From Eledone cirrhosa (taxonomy: Eukaryota), in NCBI GenBank assembly GCA_964016885.1, contig OZ024743.1, positions 66,588,001 through 66,652,000 of the forward strand: 64,000 nucleotides of DNA, written 5' to 3'. Positions 41,140 to 55,563 of this stretch are shown piece by piece; the stretch's first letter is position 1, and each line of letters starts with the position of its first letter. The translations under genes were made by a program, and so were the position numbers. The notes under the pieces are model-generated. The model did not search any database, was not told the origin of the DNA, and saw nothing but the letters and a program-made list of their open reading frames with translations.

Positions 41140-41415
41140 GTGGTGGATTGGCAGTATCGATAGAGGGACGGACGCCATGCTTTGACGCATATATTTGCGG
41201 CCCTTGTCATTCTGAGTTCAAATCCCGCCGAGGTTAACTTTGCCTTTCATCCTTACGGGTCGATAAAATAAAGTACCAGTAATACACTGGGATAATTGCT
41301 GGCCTTGTGTCAAAAGTAGAAACAATTATATGCGGTGGATTGGCAGTATCGGTAGAGGGTCGGACGCCATGCTTTGACGCATAGAGTTACGGCGCTTGCC
41401 ATTCTGAGTTCAAAT
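41140..41415 (+). mobile_element. SINE family 1: one full copy (41140-41330) plus a 5'-half copy (41331-41415)
   Basis: The second copy stops at gagttcaaat. Confidence 0.85.
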
Positions 41416-42310
41416 ATTGTCCAGTCCTTTTCTCTACAGATATCACACACTCTCTTATGCTGTGATGGGGTGTAGTGATAAATAGAATGGACTGCTGGAC
41501 ATCAGTTCACATACCACACTTTCGCCAGTGTCCAGTCTGTTTCTCTACTTCTGCTGATATCACATATTCTGACATGCTGTAGTGAATAATAGTATGGCGT
41601 GTAATCATAAATAGAAAGGACTGCAGTGCTGCAGTCTTCACATGTCACACTTTCACCATTGTCCAGCCTGTCTTATTACTCCTGCAGACATCACACACTA
41701 TGACAAGCTGTTGTGAAATAAATGTGGTTTAATGATAAATATAATGGACTGCGGTGCACCTGTCTTCCCATATAATACTTCCTCTAATATCCAGCCTGTT
41801 TCTCTACTCCCGCAGATACTGCATACTCTGTCATGCTGAGATGAAATATATGTGGTTTAGTGATAAATAGAAAGGGCAGCAGTGCGGTAGTCTTCCCTCT
41901 ACTTTCCAGCCTGTCTCTCTATTCCGGCAGGTATCCCACACTCATGCTTTGATGGGGTGTAGTGATAAATAGAAAGGTCTGCAATGCATCAGTCTTCAAA
42001 TATTACACTTTCACCATTGTCCAATCTTTTTCTCTACTCCTGCAGATATCACACACCATGACAAGTTGTGATGAAATGTAGGCTTTAGGGATAAATAGAA
42101 AGGACAGCAGTGCGGCAGTTTTCCCATATTACACTCCCTCTAATGCCCTGCTTGTTTCACTACTTCTGCAGATACTATGATGAATAGTAAGGGGTGTAGA
42201 GATAAATAGACTGAACGGTAGCGTGGCAGACATCACATATTACCCTCCCTCTACTGTCCAGCTTGTTTCACTAATCCTGTAGATACTGTAATGAATAGAA
42301 TAGGGTGTAT
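41416..42310 (-). repeat. Degenerate inverted copies of the 119/127-bp satellite (~7 units)
   Basis: Matches the reverse complement of the monomer (gatatcacacac, gtgataaataga, cacactttc) and diverges further rightwards; a similar unit lies at ~32083-32178. Confidence 0.85.
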
Positions 42311-43074
42311 TGGTGGCAACAGTAGAGTTGGTCATTGTGGAATCAGATTATAACAGTAGCTGTTCTATTATAGTTACTAGCAGAAAAGCCACCAATCGGG
42401 GGGTTTTCTGCTAGCGTGTGCAGTGTGTATATTGATATTATACGCAAGTATATATGTATGTACATATGATACATCAAATAAAATCGTAATTCACAATATA
42501 CACAAACATTGAACGAAGGTTATATGCGTTACATTGTCTTATGTAATCAGTAACGTAATCCATGATACATTAAAAAAAGACGATATTATATATAAACTGC
42601 ATTAGGAGAAAATTAGTGACGGAAATATATGTGATGTTTATTTAAGTGATCGCTAACCGGAAGTGTTGACATTTGAAAATTTTAAAGAAGTGAATCTTAA
42701 AATAAGCAACAAAATTATTTATATTTAATCAAGAATAATGAAATTTAGCAGATAAATTATGTAATATTCATTCATTATTTATTCAAAGTAATCGAACTTA
42801 TTTTACAAACGGTATTTAAAAAAATATATTCTGGACGCAGTCCCGCACTCCTTACTTTATTATAGTTTAGATTGTCGATGGTGTATATCTCAATAGAGTG
42901 GTTGGTAGGCTGTAGTGTATATCCCAGTGCAGTGGTTGGGGTCAAGTGGTGTATATCCCAGTACAGTGTTTGGGGTCAAGTGGTGTGTATCCCTGTACCT
43001 TATTTGGGGTCCAGTGAAACTATTGATATTCCAATGTGAGATAGTGTTGGTGGGACATTATTATAGAAGTATAT

Positions 43075-43257
43075 GGAATGGCAGATTCGGTTGAAGGTCG
43101 GACATGCTTTCCAGAATAGTTACGTCCCTTTACGATCTGAGTTCAAATCCCGCCGAGGTTAACTTTGCCTTTCATCCTTACAGAGTCGATAAAATAAAGT
43201 ACCAGTAATGCACTGGGTAATTGATGGTCTTGTGCCAAAAGTAGAAACAATTATTAT
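43075..43257 (+). mobile_element. tRNA-derived SINE family 1
   Basis: Core match. Confidence 0.8.
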
Positions 43258-43934
43258 AGAAGTATAAGTATTATTCTGAAATATCCGCTCTGTCAATACT
43301 TTGTATCTGTTAATTATTCCATAGTTCTGGTATATGTATAAGTTGTTTTACAGTCTACTGTGGACATGGCTGGATTTAATAGGGTGCCACACCACCCACC
43401 GACGGCCGTAGAAATTTATTTGGGCCCTTAGCTGGGCTTTTGAGTTTTAGGATGCTCAGAAGTTTTGAATTTAATATCCGTATATATATATAAAATTTTA
43501 ATTCCAATTACTTGAGTCAAGATAACTTTGATAATGTAAAATTGGGGGGGGGGGGATGCTAATTTTTTGTGAATGAGCCCCCCACCACACCTCTAACCTG
43601 AAGTGTTCCAGGCTCCACCCAAGATCTAAATCTAACCCTGTCTGACTGTGGACGCAAAATGCTTCCCAATCATAAAGTTCCCCATTCGGTACCTCCGCAT
43701 GGCTTCTTTGATTGATGGCATTTATCGAAGCCTCAGGTCGACACGAGAGCTATGTGAATGTTATTGGGTAGTCAGAAAGTGATTAGAAACCAATCGACAC
43801 TCACTGTGCTTGCAATTCAAGCTGCTCACACTTGTCGCAAACTTTCTCATGCTGAATCACACTATTTAGTAGAGTGCACACTTATCATTGGAAGTTTAGT
43901 TATATGCATATATGATTCTTTTCATTATATCTTA

Positions 43935-44120
43935 GATTGGCAGTATCAGTAGAGGGTCGGACGCCATGCTTTGACGCATAGAGTTACGGTCCTTGCCATT
44001 CTGAGTTCAAATCCCGCCGAGGTTAACTTTGCATTTCATCCTTACGGGGTCGATAAAATAATGTACCAGTAATGCACTGGTTTATTGCTGGCTTTGTGCC
44101 AAAAGTAGAAACGATTATTT
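43935..44120 (+). mobile_element. tRNA-derived SINE family 1
   Basis: Core match. Confidence 0.85.
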
Positions 44121-45164
44121 CTTAGATTTGTGTTACGGATGGATTTAGGCAGTATAATGAAAACTGAGACACGGAACACGTGCAACAAGTGAAAACCACT
44201 AAAGGGCCCCCCATGAACTAGATGGTGCTGTTAAACGGGGAGACACCTTATGTACACTCCTGTTTGAGAAGTTATCGTATTTTGCGAGCGATAAACATAT
44301 CATTGCAGTTTTTTTGCAGCTAAGTGTGCAACAACATTCTGTGAAATACAGCACTCCTAGGGAACTGTGTACCACGCAGGGGTCAATGTTCGCATATGTA
44401 TGAGATTATTTTCAATAACGTCCTTGTAACTAAATAAAAAAAAACTTCCTGCCCCCTTACGCAATATACATCATATACACATACACAAACGCACAAAAAA
44501 AACAAACACACATACATACATACACGCATCCCTACATACATATATGCACACATATATGCACACATATACATGTAAGTATATATATATATATACATATATA
44601 TATATAAACAAACATAAATTATCGAGAATCGCATTTCGGCCCACGAAATAACGAAAAACAACCCCCGAGATGTGTGGCAAGTGCTCAATGATTCAGATGA
44701 ACCAGAGCTATAACAAACGTTAAAGGCCAAACACACTGAGACGATGGTTAAACAATCATTCGCATAGCCAAAAAAACGATCAAGTAATTCGGGTATTGAA
44801 AATTTACCCGGACCTCCTGGAAGGTTGGTAAAATCCAGTATAAGGGTTTCTGCGGCTCCTAAATCAAGTACTGTCCGCCTACATAAATAATGTTAGGCTT
44901 CTGGTAAGAAGATTGAACAAGGAAGCCACTTTCTCAACAGGTTTTAGTTCAATGTTAATACAAGGACTGACTATTGCTGACCCCACGTGGGGATCGGCAA
45001 GGGAGGCAACCCCTATATCGGGCGAATGAATTCAGTTGTGTATATTTTTGCAAGAATGCAAAAACATCACAAATCGAATAGAGTTCTCAACAGAAGGGTT
45101 AAAAATAACATAACCTATTCATCAGTCAATAGAATCAACTAAAATATATATATATATATATATT

Positions 45165-45887
45165 TAAAAGAATAGCGGTGTAACACACAAGTTATGATAT
45201 ATTGGTAAACGGAATAGAAAATGCTAACAAATTGTTCACAGTGAAAAATAGTTTAATTAGGAATAAGTGATAATTAGTAATAGTATTGGTTAGTATTGAG
45301 TTTTGGTTTTAAGCTTTACCGGTTGCGCATTTCTAATGCTTTTCAAAAATAATTTTGAGATAGAGCGTCCGTGATGTTTGCTCTGATCTGATTAGTTTTG
45401 GGAATTCTACCTGTTTTTATGTTAAAAAAGTGGCTCCAGCGGTATTAAAATAAGTTTTGCGCCAATTCGTGTTGCAAAAATTCTTGTGGTCAAAACAATT
45501 TTGATTGGTCGGTAGAGGTGAAGTGAATGTAAAAAATTGATTTTGCGCCAAATGTAGGTTTATGTCGGCTGACTGAGAGATAAGTCTTTCACAACAAATA
45601 TGTGTGTGTGTGTGTGTAGTAGTAGTAAAGAGGTTCGTTGTTGTGATAATGGTCAGCAGGGATATGTGTGCGAACCGCAGCCTGTTGACAGTTCAAATGC
45701 CTATTAAGACAAGTGTGTGTGTGTGTGTGTGTGTGTAGCAGAGTAATTCGTGGTAGAGGGATGGTCAGTAGGAATGTGTCTGTAAGTGTGTGGGGGATAT
45801 TTTAACATGTTAAAAGATATTTTTTCAGCTCTTGTCTTATACGGAGAAGTGTGTGTGTGTGTGTCTGTGTGTGTGTGTGTGTGTGTT

Positions 45888-45953
<66 letters not shown>

Positions 45954-47474
45954 TCTTCGTATGTTAGTGTGTGGGGGATATTTTAACATGTTAAAAGATA
46001 TTTTTTCAGCTCTTGTCTTATACGGAGAAGTGTGTGTGTGTGTGTGTGTCTTTGTATGTTAATGTACGCATGTGTATGTGTGTGTGTATATATATATGTG
46101 TGTGTGTGTGTGAGAGAGAGAATGTGGGTGTGTGTGTGGGTGGATCACTATTTATTTCTGTTAAAATGGTGTACATTATTCGATATTTTCAGTAAAATCG
46201 ATTCTCTCAATAGAACATCAAAAACCTTAATAATAAAAGGTGTGAAATGATATATAGTATTGGCATAATACCAAGGTGTGTGTGAGTCCAGATTGTACGT
46301 ACTGCAAGGGGGATCCATTAGGCCTTGCCGTATTGGAATACCTGTGCACAAATATGTATCTGGAGTGTGTCCAGAACTTGTATACCCGTGCACAAATTGT
46401 ATACCTGTCCACAACTTGTACACATGTATCTGGAGTGTGTCCAGAAATTGTATACCTGTGCACAAATATGTATCTGGAATGTGTCCAGATTGTACGTACT
46501 GCAAGGGGAGTTCATTAGGCCTTGCCGTATTGGAATACCTGTGCACAAATATGTATGTGCCCATCTGTGTGCAATGCATGTGTGCATTTATGTATGTGTG
46601 TGTGTCGGCACGTTTATATCTATAGACATCAAAAGGTATGCACATTTGTGTATATTTGTGTTGCACCATAGAACATGTGTGTTTACGTATGTCATTATGT
46701 TTATATGTGGGTAGAGATGTATGCTGATGTAGGTATGTATGTTGACGTGTGTATGTTGTGGGTTCGTCTTAGGGAGAAGTGTTTAGACGGGGTCCGTATT
46801 TGTTAATAAAGTAAGATTCCTTGCTGATGCGCTGGGTGTGGGTGGCATTAGCTTTAAATTTGTACAGGGGAAAGATTCTGAAGTTGGGATGATTTTGGGC
46901 GGCACAGGTATCAATGTGTTCACTCAGTGGTATTTTCCTGTATTCCCGTATTTTAATTTGGGATCTATGGACAGTCATGCGTTGACGGAGGCTGTTTTTG
47001 GTCTGGCCTATGTATTGTTCTCGACAACCTGAGCAAGTTAATACATATATTAGATTTTCTGATGCGCATGTGAAATTGTGTTTTACTATAAAACGTTGTC
47101 CTTCTTTGAAATAGAATTCCGAACCCTCTATTAGGTTGATGCAAATTCCACAGTTGGGTCTATCGCATTTTTTTACTGTGGGTTTCGTTGTTATGGTTGG
47201 CAGTACTTTGGCATGTGTTATGATGTTTTTCATTGACTTAGATTGTCTTTTGCTCTTTATGATATCGTGTGTTCGTAGGATTTGGTTCATTCTATGGTCC
47301 TTTTTCAACACAGGGATGTTCTGGAGGATGGTGTCAAAGGCCTCATTGTTGAGAGGGTTGTGTGTGGAGATGTATGGAAGAGCTTTTAGTTTCGGTTGAT
47401 TTACATGTTAAAATATCCCCCACACACTTACAGACACATTCCTACTGACCATCCCTCTACCACGAATTACTCTG

Positions 47475-47542
<68 letters not shown>

Positions 47543-48061
47543 ACACACACTTGTTTTAATAGGCATTTTAACTGTCAACAGGCTGCGGTTCGCACACATA
47601 TCCCTGCTGACCATTATCACAACAACGAAACTCTTTACTAATACTACACAGACACACACACACACACATTTGTTGTGAAAGACTTATCTTTCAGTCAGCC
47701 GAAACAAACCTACATTTCGCGCAAAATCAATTTTTTACATTCACATGACCTCTACCGACCAATCAAAATTGTTTTGACCACAGAATTTTTGCAACACGAA
47801 TTGGCGCAAAACTTATTTTAATACCGCTGGAGCCACTTTTTTTAACATAAAAACAGGTAGAATTCCCAAAACTAATCAGATCAGAGCAAACATCACGGAC
47901 GCTCTATCTCAAAATTATTTTTGAAAAGCATTAGAAATGCGCAACCGGTAAAACTTAAAACCAAAACTTAATACTAACCAATACTATTACTAATTATCAC
48001 TTATTCCTAATTAAACTATTTTTCACTGTGAACAATTTGTCAGCATTTTCTATTCCGTTTA

Positions 48062-48063
<2 letters not shown>
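45165..48063 (-). mobile_element. 5'-truncated Neptune-type Penelope-like element with ~650-bp inverted pLTR
   Basis: GIY-YIG ORF 46769-47395 (CDRPNCGIC linker; NLIYVLTCSGCREQYIGQT); 47397-48063 is the inverted copy of 45204-45813; 3' UTR has (CA)n and ~30-60-bp tandem repeats at 46283-46560. Confidence 0.9.
46769..47395 (-). pseudogene. PLE GIY-YIG endonuclease (C-terminal part of the polyprotein, 5'-truncated)
   Basis: 180-aa ORF with CX4CxxC, LIY..CxxC..YIG, R..H, H, E and N motifs. Confidence 0.85.
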
Positions 48064-48101
<38 letters not shown>

Positions 48102-48178
48102 TATTCCCTTTCAGAAACTAATTAGTTGGAGTGAAATTTTAGTAAGTAAGTTAATTTTTATAATTTTCTTATTTTACG

Positions 48179-48235
<57 letters not shown>

Positions 48236-48354
48236 TACATTCACTTACACACACACGCTAAAATATATATATATATATACAAAGGAATTGTGGTAAGGAA
48301 CCAGATGGACCATAACGCACCAGAGTACTCAATACTTAGAGTAGTAGAGTGGGA

Positions 48355-48462
48355 AATAGGAAAAAGTATGACATCGACGGCAGAGCTCAAGCCGTTACGA
48401 CGGCTATTTCTGGACTCCATCGAAACGGTTTGAGCTCTGCCCTCGGGGTCATACTTTTTCCT
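48355..48462. repeat. Short palindrome at a pLTR-like terminus
   Basis: ataggaaaaagtatgac..ggcagagctcaagccgtt / aacggtttgagctctgcc..gtcatactttttcctat; family also at 9180-9280 and 55080-55205. Confidence 0.7.
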
Positions 48463-48486
48463 ATATATATACACATATATATATAC

Positions 48487-48520
<34 letters not shown>

Positions 48521-48774
48521 TTACATTCACTTTTACGCACACATACACACACACAACAAATAAACACACAACATGAGAGACCACCAGGATCATGAAATAA
48601 GCCTACACTCGGTTGCTTGATTTGCGAGAAGTAACAGCCGAATCTAACCAAAAAGAATCGCATTTCATAATGTAGTCCTATACACTTCTTAAAAAAGATG
48701 CGATAAACATGGATTGGAATATAATTAATCATATTTCTGCCTGCTAAATAACAACACAACATAACACATCAATT

Positions 48775-49020
48775 CGGTTTTCGTGCCAACCCTTGACTAT
48801 GGTAATAAATCTTTGGTAACGAATGAAAGATTACGATCCCTAATACAAGCGGTCGAAATGGGGTTCCTCCGAAGGGTCTCTGAAGTAACGTTACTCGATA
48901 GAGTGCGTAGCTCGGAGATCAGAGTCATTCTAGGTAGAGCCACTACATCTCCGAATTAAGAGATTACAGCTCTGATACTATGGGCATGTGGTTAGAATGT
49001 CTTAGGAAATAATCGCTGGA
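48775..49020 (+). mobile_element. RTE (Expander/REX3-like) LINE fragment
   Basis: FVPTL.YG..SLVTNERLRSLIQAVEMGFLRRVSEVTLLDRVRSSEIR. Confidence 0.75.
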
Positions 49021-49319
49021 CAGATGAGAGACTTGATAATAAAGGAGTCAGAAAGAGATATAATGGGGAAAAATTCAACCTCAGTACTGGACTGGTACAT
49101 TTCAATAATGACCTCGAAATGATGAAAGACCAAAGTTTCCCACCACAAGATTTAGATACAGACAACGAAGAGAATTGGATCGAATACAACAATACATTCT
49201 CTCCGACTTTTTAACCACAGCCAATTCACCGCAAAAAATATATTTACAACGCTGCATAGTTAGAGTAAAATACATTCCCTCAATATTTCGAGTAGAACAA
49301 ATCTTATTCATGAACAAAC

Positions 49320-49451
<132 letters not shown>

Positions 49452-50264
49452 GTATGAAAAATATGGGAAGAAGGATACTGCGTGGTTGCACATGGGTTAC
49501 ATATTATAAAATTAGTCCCTCATCAGTGATTTGCCAACCGTCATTGGTATTTCATCGCATTAAAAATAATATACCTCAGGTTGGTGCGAGCAATAACTAA
49601 AATAAGCTATTGGGACAAGTGAGTCGCGTAAAGCGAGTGAGACAAGTAAACAATATAGAAGGAAAAGCAAACCGAAGATGGGAAAAAAAACAAGCAACAT
49701 GGTTATCCGTACATATATATATATATAATAACATCACATATATATATAATAACGCTCACTGTTTGGTTGATTTTCGCTTCTGTATCTTTTATATCTCCAT
49801 AGTTAATTTATTTGGCAAAAATACAGATATAAATATATATATATAGTCTAACAAAGTTCTTCGTTGCACATCTGTAACATCATCAGTGGTACTATTATCA
49901 TGTTTCCTCCTATTGTGTTGTGTTTACACCATTTTTATTTAATTTATTTATTTATTTATTTTTGTCAACATTTTTTATTTTTTAATTTTTTATTTGGTTC
50001 CTTTACCGGTTTCGCAGTTCTTCTGCTTTTCAAAAGTAGAATTGAGATGGAGGGTCTGTGGTTTTTCTCACATCTGGTTGGTCTTTGAAAGTTACTTCTG
50101 TTTTATATGGAAAAAAGTGGTTCGAAATGCCAGATTTTAGAGAAGTAATTTGGTTGGTGAATAAGTATAATAAATTTCGCGCCAGTCCACGTTACAAAGT
50201 TCTTCAAACAAAGGAGGGGGGGGGGCTCAGGTTGCTTTTTCATATATGAGTGAAGTTTGGTTGG

Positions 50265-50310
<46 letters not shown>

Positions 50311-50974
50311 AGCAAGTATTTCACCAAGAAAAATATAGATTTCTGTGTGTATTTGTGAGAGGGTGTTTGTGTTTCTTTGTGTGCTTTTGTGTGTGGTTTT
50401 TATGTGCGTGATATACATTGTGTAGTGGAGCAAAAATCTTTTTTATTTAGTTAAAATGATGTTATTGAAAATAGTCTCTTATATATTAGGACATCGACCC
50501 ATGATATATATTTCCTCAGCAATCTACGAATATGTGAATATCTGTGGGTGACACTGTAACTTTTGAAGTACGGCGTTTCTTGAGCGTTTTAAAGCTGTTG
50601 GAGCTCTTTCCTTTCCAAGCCTCAACACACCCGATTTCTTCCAGTGAAGGCGAGAAAGCTTTAGAGAAGAAGTGAGAAAGACATAATGGAAAAGAATCGA
50701 CCCCTGTACAGAATTGTTACATTTTTTATCGATCGGTAAATTATGAAAATCAATCTTTATCAGGGCAGGATTTGAACTCAGAATTCGTAAGGGGCTGGAA
50801 CTAATACTGCAAAGCATTCTAACGACTCTGTCAATATATTTCTGTAAAATAATTATAAGCCATCATATTAATACGAATATATCGTTAATAAACCGCCATA
50901 TTAATCTGAACATATATCTGTAATTAGCCATCATACTACTACACACATAAGTCTGTAGGATCAACATTAATATG

Positions 50975-51148
50975 ATGGCAAAATCGGTAGAGCATCGGAC
51001 AACATGCTTTGTAGCATAGAGTTATGGTCCTTTACGTTCATTTCCCGCCGAGGTTAACTTTGCCTTTCATCCTTACGGGTTCGATAAAATAAAGTACCAG
51101 TAATGCACTGAGGAATTGCTGGCCTTGTGCCAAAAGTAGAAACAATTA
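50975..51148 (+). mobile_element. tRNA-derived SINE family 1 (second, degenerate copy at 50700-50835 on -)
   Basis: Core match. Confidence 0.75.
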
Positions 51149-51222
51149 ATATGAAATTGTTATTTTCCCGATTTTGACTTGCAAATTTATAAAATTTCTA
51201 TTGCAAAATCTGTATATTTTGG

Positions 51223-51350
<128 letters not shown>

Positions 51351-51509
51351 AATATATATATAAGGAAAAGTGATTGAAAATGCAACTGCAGTCTTTTAAG
51401 AATATTTATTTATTCACTTTACTGGTTTCACTGTTCTTATGATTATCAAAAGTAAAATTGAGATGGCGGATTATGTTTCTGTTGCAGTTTATCTCGCATA
51501 TATATATAA

Positions 51510-51621
<112 letters not shown>

Positions 51622-51779
51622 ATACTTTGGGAGGGTCATGTTGCCAATAAGAAACACACGCACCAGTTGCTTTCACTTCAATTTATTATATATTTATAAA
51701 TTTATAAATTTACAAATCTACAAACTTATAAATTTCTGGTTGGTTGGTTGGTTCCACAACCAGATAGTTGTTTATATAT

Positions 51780-51824
51780 AGTCATAGTCCTTTCGTCACA
51801 CACTCTGTGACCTCTTCAGTGACT
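51780..51824 (-). ncRNA. Minimal type I hammerhead motif (family H)
   Basis: Mirror image of 51941-51985. Confidence 0.8.
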
Positions 51825-51940
51825 GGGGATTCCTTTCTTTGTTTCTGTGCCTTTCCTTTCTTCTGTCCTACGCCATTTTCACCAGAAAATGGCGTAGGAC
51901 AGAAGAAAGGAAAGGCACAGAAACAAAGAAAGGAATCCCC

Positions 51941-51985
51941 AGTCACTGAAGAGGTCACAGAGTGTGTGACGAAAGGACTATGACT
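51941..51985 (+). ncRNA. Minimal type I hammerhead motif (family H)
   Basis: agtca-CTGAAGA-ggtcacagagtgtgtgac-GAAA-ggac-TA-tgact. Confidence 0.8.
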
Positions 51986-52205
51986 ATATATAAACAACTA
52001 TCTGGTTGTGGAACCAACCAACCAACCAGAAATTTATAAGTTTGTAGATTTGTAAATTTATAAATTTATAAATATATAATAAATTGAAGTGAAAGCAACT
52101 GGTGCGTGTGTTTCTTATTGGCAACATGACCCTCCCAAAGTATAACAATATCGGTTTCAACACACGATTTCAGATAAAGAATCTTGCTAAACAAATTCAG
52201 AAACG

Positions 52206-52363
<158 letters not shown>

Positions 52364-53160
52364 GTGTGTGTATATGTATGATGTATATCTCATGTAATGT
52401 AATATTTCAAAAGAGTTAGTTCATGAACAGGACTTGTTTAATCCACAATATTGAGTGAATTGCAGCATTGTAAACTCTTTTTTTTATTGCTTTCTTCCTT
52501 CTATATATTATGTCGTATTGTTTATTTACCCATAGGTCAGGCTTGAGCAATCTAAACTATGATCAAAAATAATCCAAACCTGACCACCCAGTCTCTTTCA
52601 AGAAATACATAGACCTATATGGAACGTATCCATTTTCAAAGGTGTACGAGTGCGGTGGATGGCGAGGGAATATCTGGCTGTTGTTTCTAGCTATTCAAAC
52701 AACTATATAAAGCGATTTTCCAGTTCTTTTTTTATCACTAAGGGTTCCTATGTATGTGTAGTCTTCGTATAGGGTGTTTGTGTATGTTTATATTAGTTGT
52801 ATATATGTATGTATGTAGGTTTATATGATTGTATGTATGTAAATATATATATATATTTACATACATACAAGCATATAAACCTACATATATACATATTTTG
52901 AACTTGTTTATAGAATTCTTTCTGCCTTTGTCACTCTAAATATAAATTATAGCTTTAAAGAATTAGCTTTTAATGAATTCCCTTTTCTTTCAACCAATGA
53001 CCTCCACCCACTCTCTCCTACCACCAGAAAAGATATAAATACCACCAATGAAACAGTTCTAGTCCTGTAGAATCTCTTCTATATTAAAACTTTTATACTC
53101 TGCTATGTATTGAGTACCTTACTTACTGTGGTTACCTCCGATTCAACCCGGAATAACTTA

Positions 53161-53246
<86 letters not shown>

Positions 53247-53359
53247 ACCTTGACCGACCAGTCTGTCGGGCGCCATTCGGCGGTCACAGCACGTGCTGTT
53301 TTAGCCATACGATGACGCCATTCCAATGGCTGGGCGGGCAGGCCGTAAGTCTAAAGTTT

Positions 53360-53670
53360 TTCTTAAGCCAGAAGGCTCATTTGGCCGGTGCTTATGCCGG
53401 TTTTATGGCGTGAAGCGACTGAGAGTACAAGACTCCTCCTGGACAGTACGCCAGTCCATCGCAGGGTTAAACCTACAGCTATTGCTGGTACTCATTTTCA
53501 CCTGAGTATACTGGAGCAACGTGAATTGAAGTGATCATATCTTTCCCTCCCTCTCTTTCTCTCTCTTACGCGTTCTTTTTTAAGAACACAACACATCACC
53601 CGGTCCGAGAATTAAACTCACAACTTTCGATTGCAAGCCTACTGCTCTAACTACTAAGCCATGCGCCTTC
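53360..53670 (-). mobile_element. tRNA-derived SINE family 2
   Basis: Homologous to 14632-14880. Confidence 0.75.
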
Positions 53671-53671
53671 A

Positions 53672-53710
<39 letters not shown>

Positions 53711-53722
53711 TTAATATAGATG

Positions 53723-53773
53723 AGATTCTACAGGACTAGAACTGTTTCATTCTTTAGAAATCATCAGGAATCT
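53723..53773 (-). ncRNA. Type I hammerhead motif with a stable stem III (family I)
   Basis: agattc-CTGATGA-tttctaaagaat-GAAA-cag-ttctagtc-ctg-TA-gaatct; 3' halves at 53050-53076 (+) and 54408-54432 (-). Confidence 0.8.
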
Positions 53774-54499
53774 GGGTATCAAAAAATAAGTATGGTATTT
53801 ATAGGTCTCTTCAAGTGGTAGGAGAGGGTAGGGAGTGGGATGGGTGTAGGTCATTGGTTGATAGAAAAGGGAATTCATTAAAAGCTAATTATTCAAAGCT
53901 ATAGTTTATTTTTAGAGTAACAAAGGCAGAAAGAATTCTATAAACAAGTTCAGGATGGGGTGCCACTCCTTATTTTTAAGTTTCTCTTAAGCTAACAGGT
54001 GTCTATAAGATCAGTGGGGGTCAGTCATGGTTGGTGGATTTAAAGGAAAGGGAGATTCTTTAAAAGCTAAATTCTTTAAGGTTCTACTAAGTGACAGAGG
54101 CCTAGAGAAATCTGTAGACAAATTCAAAATATTGAGTGCATATCATACCATTATCTTCAAATTTCTCTTAAACTATTCAACTATATGCCAAAATTCAACA
54201 GACACATTCACAAACACACTCACTCACACACTCGCGCGCACCCACAAACACCCACACATACATATATACATATATATATATACACATATACATATACATA
54301 TATATATATATATATATATACGTACGTTATTCCGGGTTGAATCGCAGGTAACCACAGTAAGTAGGGTACTCAATACATTGCAGAGTATAAAAGTTTTAAT
54401 ATAGATGAGATTCTACAGGACTAGAACTGTTCCCCACCACCACCCCACTCTCAAGAGCGTGAAATTAATAAACCCCTGTTCGTACTGCCTCTCTGTTTT

Positions 54500-55000
54500 G
54501 TTCCCGTTCAATTTTTCACTGTTAGCCTCTTCCTCAGCCTTAACTCACTCGCTCTCTTCTACTCCCTCTCCTACTCCCTCTCGTTTGACCTGTGCGTAAT
54601 TCTTTTCTCGCGCACACTTGACCAGGTTGGTTGTTCCTTTTTTTTTCTCTCTTGTCTACGATTTCACAGAACTTATGTTCACCGAATTCAGGGACTAGAC
54701 TCCTTCTTCCTCCCATTTGACCTGCTCACATTTCGACTAGGTTTGATGGTCTCTATTCTCTCTCGTCCACGATTTTACAGAACTTATTTTCATAGAATTT
54801 TGGGACTTGACTCCTTCTCCCTCACTTTTCGTTGGATTACCATCTTTGATTGTTTACAGCCTCGCTCGTTCCCCTTATTTACGTGTCCCAACCTCTTTCT
54901 TTAGCCGTTGTTCGCACCACCCGGAGGTATATGGTCTTTAAAGCGATGAAATACCAATGAAGGTTGGAAGATCACTGATGAAGGACTAACTTTATTCATA
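54500..55000 (+). mobile_element. Diverged copy of the ~620-bp pLTR-like family
   Basis: Homologous to 7950-8455. Confidence 0.75.
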
Positions 55001-55227
55001 TGTATATATATATATATGTATATATATGAGAAGCTCGGCTATTCATATATCAGGATAAACATTTTCATTTAGTCCAGAATTAGCCGTCGAAACGGCTTGA
55101 GCTCAGCCGTCGGGGTCCTACTCGTTCCTATTACCCACTCTACTACCCTAAGTATTGAGTACTTTGGTGCGTTATGGTCCACCTGGTTCCTTACCACATT
55201 TCCCTCGTTATATATATATATTTATAC

Positions 55228-55311
<84 letters not shown>

Positions 55312-55325
55312 TCATATATATATAC

Positions 55326-55435
<110 letters not shown>

Positions 55436-55517
55436 ATACATATACATACATACATATATACATACATATACATATATATATACATATATATACATATATA
55501 TATACATATACATATAC

Positions 55518-55563
<46 letters not shown>

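Noticed and set aside
45060-45135. CTGATGA on the minus strand as a hammerhead
   Set aside because: No GAAA box or consistent stems were found downstream.
51768-51997. Near-identical 71-aa ORFs on both strands
   Set aside because: They are a trivial consequence of the perfect palindrome.
55032-55103. Hammerhead-like scaffold (agctc/gagct, ggcta/tagcc, GAAA)
   Set aside because: The CUGANGA box is absent and stem III cannot pair.
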